Shown here piece by piece: positions 16,562 through 27,384 of a DNA stretch of 64,000 bases; position 1 is the stretch's first letter; each line of letters begins with the position of its first letter. Source of the stretch: an uncultured delta proteobacterium (GTDB taxonomy: Bacteria > Desulfobacterota > RBG-13-43-22); the NCBI GenBank assembly GCA_963743305.1, contig CAVUPH010000030.1, positions 62,617 through 126,616 on the forward strand. The letters run 5' to 3'. The notes below the pieces were generated by a model that was given only the letters and a program-made list of their open reading frames with translations, searched no databases and had not been told where the DNA came from. Made by a program: the position numbers and the translations under genes.

Positions 16562-19119
16562 TCATGCCACAAACTGGTTCAAGGATACGTAATCCTTGAC
16601 ATATTCAGGAATGATCGTGCGGTACTTGGGCGGCACGGCCTTGAAATCGCGGGTGGAAAAGATTGGATTGGTGGCCAGGTCGGTGAACTGCTTTTCTTCG
16701 ATAATGTGGCGCAATTGGCCGCTGGTGACGTAGGCCTTGAAGTAGGTCTTGATGGCCGGGATGGCCTCAGCCTCTTGGGGCTTGGTATCGGCCACGAACT
16801 TGGCGAATTCCTCTTCCAGCAGTTCGTCCTTGGACTTGAACCGCGGGATGAGGCCGAAGATCTTCTCCAGGATCTCCCGCAGGGTCAAGCGTCGGTCCAC
16901 GGCGGCAGCTTTGCGCAACTTGTGGAGGGTGTAGTACTCCTCGGGTTTGTCGAAGACCTCGCGGTTCACGTAGTCGATGACGCGGTCCCACTGCCCGGCC
17001 TCGACGGCTTTCGCGATGATCTCGTTCTCGCGCACGGTATCTTCGAATTTCTCGAAGAACATACGGTCGATCTTCATCCCTTCGAACCCGATATCAAAGA
17101 TTTTCATGGAAGCGAGAATATCCTCGCCCAAGTGCTCGTAAGCGCCGCCGTACACCACTGGTCCCCTTCCACCGGTGTTTTCGCTCCCTTTGCCCTGGGG
17201 CCGGGGAAGCTTCAGCACCTCGTCATAGTTGAACTTCTCCTCGAAGTATTCGCAATTGGCGAAGAAGTCGAAGAGCTTGAAGGCGGACTTCTGCGGTTGT
17301 AAGACGCCCTCTTTGAGGCCGTCGTCGAAAAGCTGTTCGAGAAAGTTGTGCTTGCGCGTGCCGCGTCCTTTGATCTGGATGAAGTCCGTCGGCGAGAAAA
17401 TCGGTCGAAACAGACCAAGGTTGAGGATGTCGGTGCAATCGTAGCCGGTGGTCATCATGCCGACGGTCACGCAGACGCGGGCCTTGCTGGTCCTGTAGGC
17501 GGGCAGGAAGTTAGCCGAACCGAGTAGGTTGTTGTTGGCGAAGTTGATGCTGAACTGCTGGGCGTCGGGGATCGTTGAGGTGACCTGAACGGCGAAGTCG
17601 GACTGGTATCTGCCGGGGAACAGGCGGTCGGCCATCTGATTGAAGATCTGTACCAGCTTCGCGGCGTGGTTTTGGCTGACAGTGAAAATGATGGATTTGC
17701 CGATCTCCCCGCTGACGGGATCGCGCAGGGCGTTTTCCAGAAAGGTCTTGCAGAAGAGCTGGTTGGTGGCCTTAGAGAAGAAGCTCTTCTCGAAATCGCT
17801 CTTCCGCTTCCTTAAGGTCTCCTGCTGGTCTTCATCCTCGTCGTCGGTGAAGGAGCATATGAAGCCCCGTTCAGAGAGCAGTTGGGTTGTAATTTCAGTG
17901 CGGGCATCCACCACCGTGGGGTTGATCAGGTAGCCTTCCTTCACGCCGTCGAGCAGCGAGTAACGGTAGGTGGGCTGGCTGTTCTCGCAGCCGAAGGTCC
18001 GGTAGGTGTCCAGCAACAGTCGGCGCTCGGCTTCGCGCGGGTCGCGGGTGGAAGGATTGGTTTTGTCAAACCGTTTAAGGTAGTCGCGGGGCGTGGCGGT
18101 GAGGCCGAGCTTGTAGCCGATGAAGTAGTCGAAGACGGCGCGGGCGTTGCCGCCGATGGAGCGGTGGGCTTCGTCGGAGATAACCAGGTCGAAATCGGTC
18201 GGCGAGAAGAGCCGCTGGTACTTGTTGTTGAAGAGCAGCGACTGTACCGTGGTGACAACGATTTCCGCCCGCCGCCAGTCGTCACGGTTTTCCTTGTAGA
18301 TCACCGTCTGAAAGTCGGGGGACAGCAGCGCCTTGAAGGCCTTCCTGGCCTGATCCTCCAGTTCGAGGCGATCCACCAGAAACAGCACGCGCCGGGCATT
18401 GCCGGAACGGAGGAAGAGTTTGATGACGGCGGCGGCCGTGAGGGTCTTGCCGGTGCCGGTGGCCATCTCGAACAGGAAGCGGTCTTTGCCGTCCTTCACG
18501 GCCCGCTGCAGGGCGTGGATGGCCTTCAACTGATAGGGCCGCAAGAAACGCAGTTTATTGGTCAGGATGTAGCCGGGACGCTCGGCCTCGTTGCGCCAGG
18601 CCGCTTCGGATTGATAGTTCGGACGCTGAGTCAGCACGATGTAGTCTTCGTCGACCGGATCCTCGATGAGGCGATGAGACGTTGCGGGTTGGGCCTGACC
18701 TGCTGGTAGCCGATCACCGAGTCCGGCGTTGGGAAGGACGTAATGAGGATAGGGATTGCCGCGCTCCAGGTCCCAGAAGTAGTGCAAGTTGCCGTTGGAG
18801 AGGATCACGAACCGACAGTTCTGGGACTTGGCGTATTTGCGGGCCTGCTCCTTGCCGAGGAGCGGGTTCCTGTCTTCCGATTTGGCCTCTAAGACGATGA
18901 GCGGGAAACCTTTGCCGTCGAGCAGTAAGAAGTCGATGAAGCCCTTACTCGTCTTCTCGAAGTTCTCGCCGAGCGCTTCCAGATCGGCTGACTTGATCGT
19001 CACGCTGGGTTCCAGGCGGATGTTAGCGGGCGCGCCTCCTTCCGGAAAGAAACGCCAGCCCGACCGCTTCGAGCAGCTTGTTGATCTTGATACGGGCAGT
19101 AGCTTCTTTACTTTGCCAT
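16562..19119 (-). CDS. hsdR: Type I restriction endonuclease R subunit (EcoAI-like, SF2 helicase); frameshifts near the 5' end
   Basis: EATARIKINKLLE, VLEAK, LRPYQ, MATGTGKT, DEAHRS, GLTATP, QIKGRGTR. Confidence 0.92.
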
Positions 19120-19457
19120 TCGGTTTCAATCTTCTGTTCGTCCTACGTGGGTGGCCGATAGGATAGCCAAAAAGGTCATCCGGAGCTCCCAGTATGGGCG
19201 AAGGCGAATTAGAAGGCAGGCAGGGAACGAACGCTGGCATTCCTAACACCCATATAGGCCGGCAAAGCGGCAACTCATTGAAAGAAGGGATTAAAAATTG
19301 AGAAGAAAAATTCGTCTGACTTTAATTCGGAAGAATGGGGTTGTCAAGGACATTTGCCGTAAATACAATTGAATAGGGTGTCATGGTGGGGTGGGGGACA
19401 AGGAAATAGGGAAAAGTTGGGACCTTTCCGCAATCTAACCATTGCTGTGAGTCGTGA

Positions 19458-20309
19458 TCACCCCAGTTCGAAAGTCGTCACGCCGAACACTCGGTTGATG
19501 GGCAAATCAGGGCTTTTCCCCTTGTACATGCGGGCCGTCTCGAAGGCGACCAACATCTTGTGCCGCTCCACCAATTGGACTGCCGCTGAATTCACTGCCG
19601 GCGTGTCCAAAAAAATGGGGGCACCTTCCGGGGCCCGGGCCTTCAACGCCAGGAATAGTTGGTCCGCAAACTCCGGACTGTCCGCAAACAACGGACCTAC
19701 CTTGTATCCGGAGCGACAAATACGCAGGACCCCATAACCCGCCAGCTTGCGATTCCGGACGATACCCAGTGCCGCGCTTTGGGGTTGGTCAATCCAACAC
19801 CTCAGAAATTGTTTGCGATTATCGGGGAAAAAGGGTTCGTCGTAGGCGCCTAGCTCATCAAAAGGGATCGTGGACAACGGGACGATCCCTGAGTCAGTCG
19901 GAAAATACCCGCCACCGGTTCCCTGATAGCGGATATTTTTATAAGCCAATGAAAACCCGGACTTCTGGTAATTGCTCTGTTGAGCGACTACCCCATCAAG
20001 ACCGATCGTACGACCTTTAAAGTTCGCAAGACCGGCATTCCATATCCGGATACCATAGCCCCGGCCACGATACTCCGGCTTGACCAGGTAAAAACCAAGA
20101 AAACCAAAGGAATCGCCATATTTCACGACTGAAAGCGTGGCGATAGGCTCATCCTCCAGCAATCCGATAAGGAAACCGGTGGAATCGGCAGCGTAGAAGC
20201 AATCCGCGTCGTACAACCCCGGATTCCATCCTTCCGCCGCCGCCCAGTCGATGGCCAAATCGACTTCCTGCCGAGTCATTGCTCTGATGGTATAGCTTTG
20301 CCCTGGCAC
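19458..20309 (-). CDS. GNAT family N-acetyltransferase (tandem GNAT)
   Basis: WAAAEGWNPG, VKPEYRGRGYG, YQKSGF, KVGPLFAD, FETARMY. Confidence 0.9.
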   Translation of the reverse strand: MPGQSYTIRAMTRQEVDLAIDWAAAEGWNPGLYDADCFYAADSTGFLIGLLEDEPIATLSVVKYGDSFGFLGFYLVKPEYRGRGYGIRIWNAGLANFKGRTIGLDGVVAQQSNYQKSGFSLAYKNIRYQGTGGGYFPTDSGIVPLSTIPFDELGAYDEPFFPDNRKQFLRCWIDQPQSAALGIVRNRKLAGYGVLRICRSGYKVGPLFADSPEFADQLFLALKARAPEGAPIFLDTPAVNSAAVQLVERHKMLVAFETARMYKGKSPDLPINRVFGVTTFELG

Positions 20310-20324
20310 AATTACCCTCAGCGG

Positions 20325-20537
20325 CTATTCCGTTGTTGAACTTTCCAGGGCCTCCCGGACCATCCCCCGCAAACAGGCCGGCAGCCGCTTCAAGACGGGG
20401 TCCTGGGTCCGGTTCCGGTGAAAGAGAAGGCACTCACAACAGATCCCGTGCCGGGGGCAGTCCTCCTTGGGACAGGAGCAATAGGAATTGATCCGGTCTC
20501 TGACCGGACATTCGCTGGGTTGATTCGGGTCCATCAT
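20325..20537 (-). CDS. Small Cys-rich protein (DUF6485-like)
   Basis: CSCPKEDCPRHGICCECLLFHR...LPAC. Confidence 0.75.
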   Translation of the reverse strand: MMDPNQPSECPVRDRINSYCSCPKEDCPRHGICCECLLFHRNRTQDPVLKRLPACLRGMVREALESSTTE

Positions 20538-20565
20538 TCTTCCTGTTTTGACCTTCGAATATATT

Positions 20566-21228
20566 TTATTCTTTCGGGGGGTGCAGGTGGCGGATAAATT
20601 TCCCCTCCACCATATAGATCACCATCTCGGCGATGTTGGTGGCGTGATCGGCCATGCGCTCCAGGTGTTTGGCCACGTAGCTGATCTTGACCGCCCGTGA
20701 TACGGTACTGGGATCCTTGATCATGAAAAAAAGCAATTCGTTGAAAATCTGGACCGCCAGGTTATCCATCTGCTCGTCCCGCTGGATGACATCGTAGGCG
20801 ATGGCCGTATCCGGTTTGGTGAACGACTCCAGCACATCGACCACCATGCCCTGGACGATCTTGGCCATGAGGGGGATGTCGATATAGGGCTTCAACTGGG
20901 GCTCCGTATTCAGTTCCAGGGCCAAGTGGCTGATATTTTCCGCGAAGTCGCCGATGCGCTCCAGGTCGGTGGTGATCTTCATAGCCGTGGTGATGAACCG
21001 CAGATCCCCTCCCACGGGCTGCCGAAGGGCCAGGACACGGATGCACTCCTCATCGATCTCCACGTCGTAGGTATTGATCACCCGATCCCCTTCGATGACC
21101 TCTTCGGCTAAACGGTTATTCCGCTCCACCAGCGACCGGATAGCCCGTCCGATGGCCTCCTCCACTAAAGAGCCCATTTTCAGGATCTTGACCTTCACTT
21201 CCCTCAGCTCATCCTCCACCGGTTTCAT
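20566..21228 (-). CDS. phoU: Phosphate signalling protein PhoU
   Basis: ALRQPVGGDLR, DLERIGD, LERMADHATNIAE. Confidence 0.95.
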   Translation of the reverse strand: MKPVEDELREVKVKILKMGSLVEEAIGRAIRSLVERNNRLAEEVIEGDRVINTYDVEIDEECIRVLALRQPVGGDLRFITTAMKITTDLERIGDFAENISHLALELNTEPQLKPYIDIPLMAKIVQGMVVDVLESFTKPDTAIAYDVIQRDEQMDNLAVQIFNELLFFMIKDPSTVSRAVKISYVAKHLERMADHATNIAEMVIYMVEGKFIRHLHPPKE

Positions 21229-22624
21229 GTTTAGGACCTCCTTTCTTTCTTTTCTTGGGCCGCAAGTAGACCCATAACGGGCCTTTCAATCCCAAGCGAT
21301 GCATCTTGGAGGCCTCGCCGGGCAGCAGGTCTATTCCCAGACCCGGGAAGACCCAGTTTGGATGGACCTCCGAAAAATCCAGCAATCGCCCTTCCAAATG
21401 ATCCCGGACTTTGGGGGACAGATAAAAAAACGGCTCCAGGGGATTCCAGTCTCCGGGCAACAGCCCTTCTTCCCGGGCGATTTCCGCCAATCGCGTCCCC
21501 GGAAATACGCGGATGCCGGTCATACAGATCACCGCGGTGGGTTTCAGCTCCTCCACCCGGGCCAAGGTTTCCTCCAGGGTGCCCCGGGTCTCCCCGGGGC
21601 CGCCCAACAGCAGGCTGAAACAAAAAGGGATCTCCCGCTCCCGACAGATCCGGGCCGCTTCCCGGATTTGAGGCAATGAGAAATTCTTCCCCATGGCCTC
21701 CAGTTGCGCCGGGGCCGCCGCATCCAGGCCGAACTCCAGGGCGGCGCAACCCGAGGCTTTCATGACCTCGCCCAACCGGTCGGTCATGAAACCGGGGTTG
21801 ACATAGGCTGTCCACCGAACCGGCACTTTTTGCCGAATAATTTCCCGGCAGATGCCTTCGGACTGTTCCTCCGGAAAATTAAAATTGTTGTCCACGAAAA
21901 AAATGTAGTCCAACCCGCGGTGCACCAGGGCCTGGATTTCCCGGACCACCCCCAGGGGTTCCCGCACCCGGACCTTTCGGCCCTCGATCAGCGGGTAGGT
22001 GCAATAGATGCAGTGAAAAGGGCAGCCGCGCTTGGATTGAATATTGGTCAGCCCGCCCTGTTCCCGGTAGGCCCCGACATCAAAGGCTTCCCGGTCCGGC
22101 CAGGGAAGGCCATTTAAGTCCTCCAGGACGCTGCCGGTATCCTTTCGGTCTCGTGAAGGCCTTGGGGGGAATAGCCCGGCTGCGAGCGCCGGATGAGTGT
22201 TCCCCGAGAGTCCGCCTAAGAGTTCAAGGAAAACCCGTTCCCCTTCGCCGACCACCCCATAATCCACCCCCAAGTAGCCTAAAACCTCTTCCGGCAAAAG
22301 GGTGAAACCCGAACCACCGACCACGATCGGGGCCTGGCTCTTACGGCGGCAAAGCGCAACCACCTCTTTGATGAACGGCAGGTAGGCGGTGGAACGGGGA
22401 TAGGTGACGTTATCGATGTTGCGGATGGACAGGCCGATGCAGTCGGGCTGGAACGATTCCAGGTCCTGTTCCAGGACCGCCTGCCAGCAAGGGAGGAAAC
22501 ACAGATCGCTGCCCTTGACCGTCATCCCCGCGGCCTTCAACACCGCCGCCAGACTCGCCAGGCCCAGCGGATACACCGGGTCAGGACTGACCTCCCGGTT
22601 GGGAGAAATCAACAAAACGCGCAT
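21209..22624 (-). CDS. B12-binding radical SAM protein
   Basis: PVYPLGLA, GLSIRNID, KRGCPFHCIYC, GIRVFPGT. Confidence 0.92.
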   Translation of the reverse strand: MRVLLISPNREVSPDPVYPLGLASLAAVLKAAGMTVKGSDLCFLPCWQAVLEQDLESFQPDCIGLSIRNIDNVTYPRSTAYLPFIKEVVALCRRKSQAPIVVGGSGFTLLPEEVLGYLGVDYGVVGEGERVFLELLGGLSGNTHPALAAGLFPPRPSRDRKDTGSVLEDLNGLPWPDREAFDVGAYREQGGLTNIQSKRGCPFHCIYCTYPLIEGRKVRVREPLGVVREIQALVHRGLDYIFFVDNNFNFPEEQSEGICREIIRQKVPVRWTAYVNPGFMTDRLGEVMKASGCAALEFGLDAAAPAQLEAMGKNFSLPQIREAARICREREIPFCFSLLLGGPGETRGTLEETLARVEELKPTAVICMTGIRVFPGTRLAEIAREEGLLPGDWNPLEPFFYLSPKVRDHLEGRLLDFSEVHPNWVFPGLGIDLLPGEASKMHRLGLKGPLWVYLRPKKRKKGGPKHETGGG

Positions 22625-22649
22625 GCTCAGGCCGCTGCCGGGAATTTGG

Positions 22650-22885
22650 CCGACACATCCAATATTTTACGGCTCCGCCGACCAGCCGTGGGGAATTCCG
22701 GCGGGACAAAATAGCCCTGCCCCGGTCCAGGGTCCGCTTTCCCCCCTCCAGCCCACCGCACTGTTCGAAGGGATGGGCGTGGCCTTCGTCCCGCATCCCG
22801 GATTCAATCGTCATGACCGCCAGGATCAACTGTTCCCCCACCGGGCGAAACTCTTGATCCCGGGTCTGAAATCCTGAAGCGGCAT
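22650..22885 (-). pseudogene. Cupin domain remnant
   Basis: GEQLILAVMTI...GHAHPFEQCG (HxH..EQ) then degenerates. Confidence 0.5.
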
Positions 22886-23033
22886 TTGAGAAAAATCAAA
22901 GAAAGGCATAAATTCTATATTATTCGTCTTTTGAAGGGCTTGTCAATCTTATTTCCCCCGGCACGAACCGGTCCGAATCAATGCTTTGCTATTGATTTAA
23001 ACGGCTTTTTTAGATACAGTAGAAAGAATCGGC

Positions 23034-24639
23034 ATGAACCCTTCCAGCAGAAAAAAAAATCCGAGCGATCAAACCTTAAACCCGGCGGATCTGGCCCAGT
23101 TGAAGGCCGTCGGAATCACGCCGGCCCAGGTCCGGCGCCAGATCGCTCTGTTCCGGAAGGCGAGCCACCACCGGGAACTCCATCGGCCCTGCACGATCGG
23201 GGACGGCATCCACCGGATCTCCCGGACCGAAGCCCGATCCCTGATCCCCCTGCAGGAAGAAGCCGCCGGGGCCGGGCGGTTTCTGAAATTCGTGCCCGCC
23301 TCGGGGGCCGCCAGCCGGATGTTCGAAGCCCTTCATCATTATCATCGCCAGTCGGAGATGACTCAAGTGGACCAGATCTTGGAGCGAGCCGCTCAAGGCG
23401 GGCCGAGGGCCAAGGTCCTCATCCGCTTCCTGGAGGAATGGGAGCGTTTCCCTTTTTCGGAGGCCTTGAAAGAAAAAATCCTGGACGATGGTCTGAAGCT
23501 CGGTCATCTGATCAAAGGGGACCGCTGGCGGAAAGTTTTGAATCTGCTGTTGACCGACCGTGGTTTGAATTACCAGGCCTTGCCCAAGGCGCTGATGACC
23601 TTTCATCGTTATCCCGACGAATGCCGCTCCGCCCTGGAAGAACACCTGGTTGAAGCCGCCGCCACCATTCGGGATGAAAAGGGTAGCGCCCGTCTCCACT
23701 TTACTCTCTCCCCGGAACACAAGGCCCTCTTCCTGGAGCACCTTGCAGCCGTGAGACCCAAACATGAGAAACGGCTGGGGGCCCGCTTCGAAATCAGCTA
23801 TTCGCACCAGCACCGTTCGACGGACACCATCGCCGTGGATCTGGAAGGGCGGCCGCTGCGCGAATCCGACGGCCGCCTGCACCTGCGGCCCGGAGGACAC
23901 GGGGCACTGCTGATCAATCTGCACCGCCTGGGCGGCGACCTGCTCTACCTGAAGAATATCGACAATGTGGTGCCGGATCACTTGAAGGGCGTCACCATCG
24001 AATGGAAAAAAATTTTGGGGGGATACCTGATCCAGGCCCAGCGGCAGGTGTACCGGCACCTGGATAAACTTACAGAAGAAACCCGGAGACAAAAGAGGGC
24101 AGGAGGCGGCCCTGGATTTTCTCCGGCAGGCCCTGTCCATCTCCGAACCGGAAGGGTTTTGGAAATGGCCGACGGAAAACCGCGGGGAATTCCTCTTGAA
24201 AAAATTAAACCGCCCGCTGCGGGTCTGCGGCGTGGTGAAAAATCAGGGCGAACCGGGCGGGGGCCCCTTCTGGGTAAAGGGGCCTGACGGCAGCCTGACC
24301 CTGCAGATCGTGGAAAGCGCCCAGGTGGAACTGGAATCCGACGAACAGCATGAAATCTGGTTTCGGGCCACCCACTTCAACCCGGTCGACCTGGTCTGTT
24401 CGCTGCGGGACCATGTCGGAAGACCATTCGATTTGAGGCGCTACGTCGATCCCGGGGCCGTCTTCATCTCCCGGAAATCCAAAGACGGCCAGGCCCTGCA
24501 GGCCCTGGAACTGCCCGGCCTGTGGAACGGGGCCATGGCCGACTGGATCACCCTCTTCGTCGAAGTCCCCCTCGAAACCTTCAACCCGGTCAAGACCCTG
24601 TTGGATCTCCTCCGCCCCGAACACCAGCCCGAAGCCTAG
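23034..24639 (+). CDS. DUF4301 family protein; frameshift near 24090
   Basis: KFVPASGAASRMF, RPGGHGALL, KNIDNVV, GEPGGGPFW, THFNPVD, LPGLWNGAM, TFNPVKT. Confidence 0.9.
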
Positions 24640-24673
24640 CCAAAGCTAAACTGCTTTAAATCAATAATAATAA

Positions 24674-24817
24674 TGATGGTTTCGCAAAAAGTCCCCAGCG
24701 CTGTCATTGCGAGGAGTGAAGCGACGAAGCAATCCCCAAGAATCAGCTAGTTACCGTGGTGGGGATTGCTTCGCTTCGCTCGCAATGACAGGGTTTTGGA
24801 CTTTTTGCGAGTCGTCA
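24674..24817. mobile_element. 144-bp MITE-like element carrying a CGTC-type REP doublet
   Basis: TIRs tgatggtttcgcaaaaagtcc / ggactttttgcgagtcgtca with AATAA on both flanks. Confidence 0.7.
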
Positions 24818-24884
24818 AATAATCAATCGTTAATTAATTATTATTGAGTGCCTAATTTGATAAGGAAGGGTTGTCTAAGGTTTT

Positions 24885-25796
24885 TCAACGCCGGTCGAAC
24901 CGGCAACTGCTCCCCTGGACCGCCTTGGCGTATTTCTTCAGTTCCGAGGCTACTTCGGCCATCTGCCCGTAGTGGATAAATTTCTTGATCCGATTGTCGG
25001 TCACTCCGATGGACAGGCTGATCAAGGGGAAGGTCCGCTCCCGGCCCCGGCGGTCCCGGGCCAGAATCGCCCCCCGCTCCCGATCCTCGGGATCATAAAA
25101 GGTGGGAATAATTTGTTTGAGATGATCGATAATCTCTCCGGCGATCTCCTCCGCCAGGGCCGGTTCGACGATAAAAACAAAATCATCTCCCCCGATATGG
25201 CCCACAAAACTCTTTTGGGACTGTCTTTGCTTGACGATGTTCAAAATAAGGCGGCCCAGCATCTTCAGGACCTCGTCCCCCCGACTGAACCCGTACTTGT
25301 CGTTGTACGGTTTGAAATAATCAATATCCGCGTAGGCCAGGGCGAATATGTCGCCCCGGTCCATCCGGCTTTGGATCTGTTTGATAATGGTGATATTCCC
25401 AGGCAGCCGGGTTAAGGGGCTGACTTCCATGTTGCGTTCCGCCCGCAGGATGCAGAGCCCCACCCGTGCGACCAAATCCGTTTCCAGAAGCGACCGGCGC
25501 AGGTAATCATCGCATTTCAGTTCTTCCCATCCCGTAATCAAGTAATCATCCCCCAGCACGGCCAGGACCGGGACCTGCCCGAAAATAGGATCTTCCTTCA
25601 GGTCGGAAAGCAGCCGGGCCACCAGAGGATCGCCGGGGCGCAAGTCGATCAGGATCAGGTCCGGCAGGGAATGATAGATGTAATCCAGGGAGGACTGGAT
25701 CTGGTAAAAACAGACCAGTTTATAGGCCTCGCCCAGGTGCTTTTCGACCAGGCCGGCCAGGGTCTGATCCCCGGTAATATGCACGATGGTCTGCAT
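24885..25796 (-). CDS. Receiver-like domain + GGDEF (GGDDF) cyclase
   Basis: PDLILID; SPLTRLPGN, DIDYFKPYNDKYGFSRGD, GHIGGDDF. Confidence 0.9.
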   Translation of the reverse strand: MQTIVHITGDQTLAGLVEKHLGEAYKLVCFYQIQSSLDYIYHSLPDLILIDLRPGDPLVARLLSDLKEDPIFGQVPVLAVLGDDYLITGWEELKCDDYLRRSLLETDLVARVGLCILRAERNMEVSPLTRLPGNITIIKQIQSRMDRGDIFALAYADIDYFKPYNDKYGFSRGDEVLKMLGRLILNIVKQRQSQKSFVGHIGGDDFVFIVEPALAEEIAGEIIDHLKQIIPTFYDPEDRERGAILARDRRGRERTFPLISLSIGVTDNRIKKFIHYGQMAEVASELKKYAKAVQGSSCRFDRR

Positions 25797-25802
25797 GGGG
25801 CC

Positions 25803-26636
25803 TTATTCCAGGGCTAAAAAGTCACCCGCCACATCCAGGGAGTCGTCCAATTCCCTCAGGATGGCCCGGAGATCCTCTTCCGAGAGGTTGAGCAATTCCC
25901 AGGCCTGGGGATGGATGGCCGGGACAAAGGGGTCGCCGGCAAAACCGAATCCGCGGGCCCGCACCAGGATGTCCGACAAATGCACCACGGCAGTGGGTAC
26001 CGGGACCTGCCGAGCCAAATGGGGTTTATGGTGGTACTCGATGATCTCGGTCAAGGCCGGTGGAAAATGCCATTTAAGAGCAATCCAGCCGCCGGCATCG
26101 GCGTGGTTGATCTCAAAAAATTCTTTTTCTCCCTGGAAGACGAATAACTCGCGCCGGGCTGCGTCTTCCAGGACCCGTTCATAATCCGCCGGGAACTTCA
26201 GGCTGAAGATGACCTTGCCGATATCGTGCAACAGGGCGGCTACCGCCACCTCATCGGGGTCTTTCAGCCCGATTTTCTGGCCGATAATCCGGGCGGCCGT
26301 GGCGCAGCCCACCGAATGTTCCCAGAGCCCGGCCAGGGCCTTTTTCATCGCTTCGAACACCGACACCCCCAGCAGCAATCCGCGGATCAGATTCACCCCT
26401 AAAAGGACCAGGGACTGGTTGATCGAAGCGATCCGTCCCGGAAAGCCGTAAATGGGTGAATTTACCGCCCGCAAAACCCGGGTGGTCAGCACCGGATCGT
26501 TGGAGATAAAGTTGCCGATTTCTTTCAAGGAAACCTTGGGGTTCTCAATGACCCGGAGCAGCTTGTGAAGGACGCTGGGCAGGGTAGGCAGGGTCTCGAT
26601 ACTTTCAATTTCCCGACGTAAGGTCTTATAATCCAT
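25803..26636 (-). CDS. HDOD domain protein
   Basis: LPTLP, DPVLTTRVLRAVNSP, LWEHS, LLHDIGK, HADAG, W.FP, YHH. Confidence 0.93.
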   Translation of the reverse strand: MDYKTLRREIESIETLPTLPSVLHKLLRVIENPKVSLKEIGNFISNDPVLTTRVLRAVNSPIYGFPGRIASINQSLVLLGVNLIRGLLLGVSVFEAMKKALAGLWEHSVGCATAARIIGQKIGLKDPDEVAVAALLHDIGKVIFSLKFPADYERVLEDAARRELFVFQGEKEFFEINHADAGGWIALKWHFPPALTEIIEYHHKPHLARQVPVPTAVVHLSDILVRARGFGFAGDPFVPAIHPQAWELLNLSEEDLRAILRELDDSLDVAGDFLALE

Positions 26637-26934
26637 CGTCTTCGTATAATCCGGCGATATGGTCGGCCAGGATCCTTTTCAGTTCCACCATGTGAGGTTC
26701 TGTTTCGGTTTTTTTGAAACGATACGCCAATTCGGAAAGCAGGACTTCCAGCGGCCGGGTGGGTAAGGTGCCGCCCCGCACAAAAACGCTATCGATCTCC
26801 ATTTTATGGAGCCGCTCGATCAGCTCCTCGGTTAATTCCAGTCCTTCGGTCAGCAAAACCATGCCGCTGGAGTTGGTCACCGCTTTCAAGAGCCGCATTC
26901 CGGGTTTAAGATCACTAATAATCCGCTTGGGCAA
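26626..26934 (-). CDS. Hypothetical protein resembling the N-terminal region of HD-GYP/HDOD partners
   Basis: LKPGMRL.K.V....G.VLL.EG.ELT...I.RL. Confidence 0.75.
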   Translation of the reverse strand: MPKRIISDLKPGMRLLKAVTNSSGMVLLTEGLELTEELIERLHKMEIDSVFVRGGTLPTRPLEVLLSELAYRFKKTETEPHMVELKRILADHIAGLYEDDGL

Positions 26935-27071
26935 TGTTCGTGCTCCTTAATGTTAAAATAGAAATATACCATTTTTTTGAATCAATTGGAACGCCTTTCC
27001 CTAAATCAACCCGCTTCGGACAATCTTTGACATCCCGCGGGTATTTGTAGAGAAGGCTTGCCATTTTTTCA

Positions 27072-27099
27072 TTGACATTTTTCTTCAGTCCGCTAACAT
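27072..27099 (+). promoter_or_regulatory. Putative sigma70 promoter of the cob operon leader
   Basis: TTGACA-N16-TAACAT directly before the riboswitch. Confidence 0.5.
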
Positions 27100-27105
27100 C
27101 ATTAT

Positions 27106-27267
27106 CGGCAATCTGGGGTAGTTCGCTAGAACTTTAAAAGGGAAGATGGTGTAATTCCATCACGGACCCGCCGCTGTGACCGGGGACGAAAGCCGCAAGA
27201 GCCACTGTTCGTTACGGACGGGAAGGCGCGGCCGGTAGAGAGATCCGGAAGTCAGAAGACCTGCCCA
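27106..27267 (+). ncRNA. Cobalamin riboswitch
   Basis: AAAGGGAA-gatggTGtAAttCCatc-acggacCCgCcGCTGTgA...GCCACTG...GGGAAGG...AGTCAGAAGACCTGCC (B12 box). Confidence 0.95.
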
Positions 27268-27329
27268 GCAGAATCTGGAATTTTACCCTCGCGGATATAG
27301 GGTTGCCTTTTGGGAGGATAGAAAACGGT

Positions 27330-27370
27330 ATCCCCGAAACCATGGTATTGGTTTCGGGGATTTTATTTTC
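27330..27370 (+). terminator. Intrinsic terminator (riboswitch expression platform)
   Basis: tccccgaaacca-tggtat-tggtttcgggga followed by a U-rich tract. Confidence 0.85.
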
Positions 27371-27384
27371 TTCGAAATAAAATT

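Noticed and set aside
19120-19273. N-terminal extension of HsdR in the ORF track
   Set aside because: The conserved start is ATG 19119 (..EATARIKINKLLE); the extension arises from frameshifts.
22625-22885. 6S or other ncRNA
   Set aside because: Better explained as a cupin gene remnant (GHAHPFEQ).
24885-25796. Hypr-type cGAMP synthase
   Set aside because: It resembles that clade (SPLT.LPGN, GHIGGDDF) but keeps Asp in NDKYGFSRGD where Hypr enzymes have Ser/Thr, so c-di-GMP is the likelier product.
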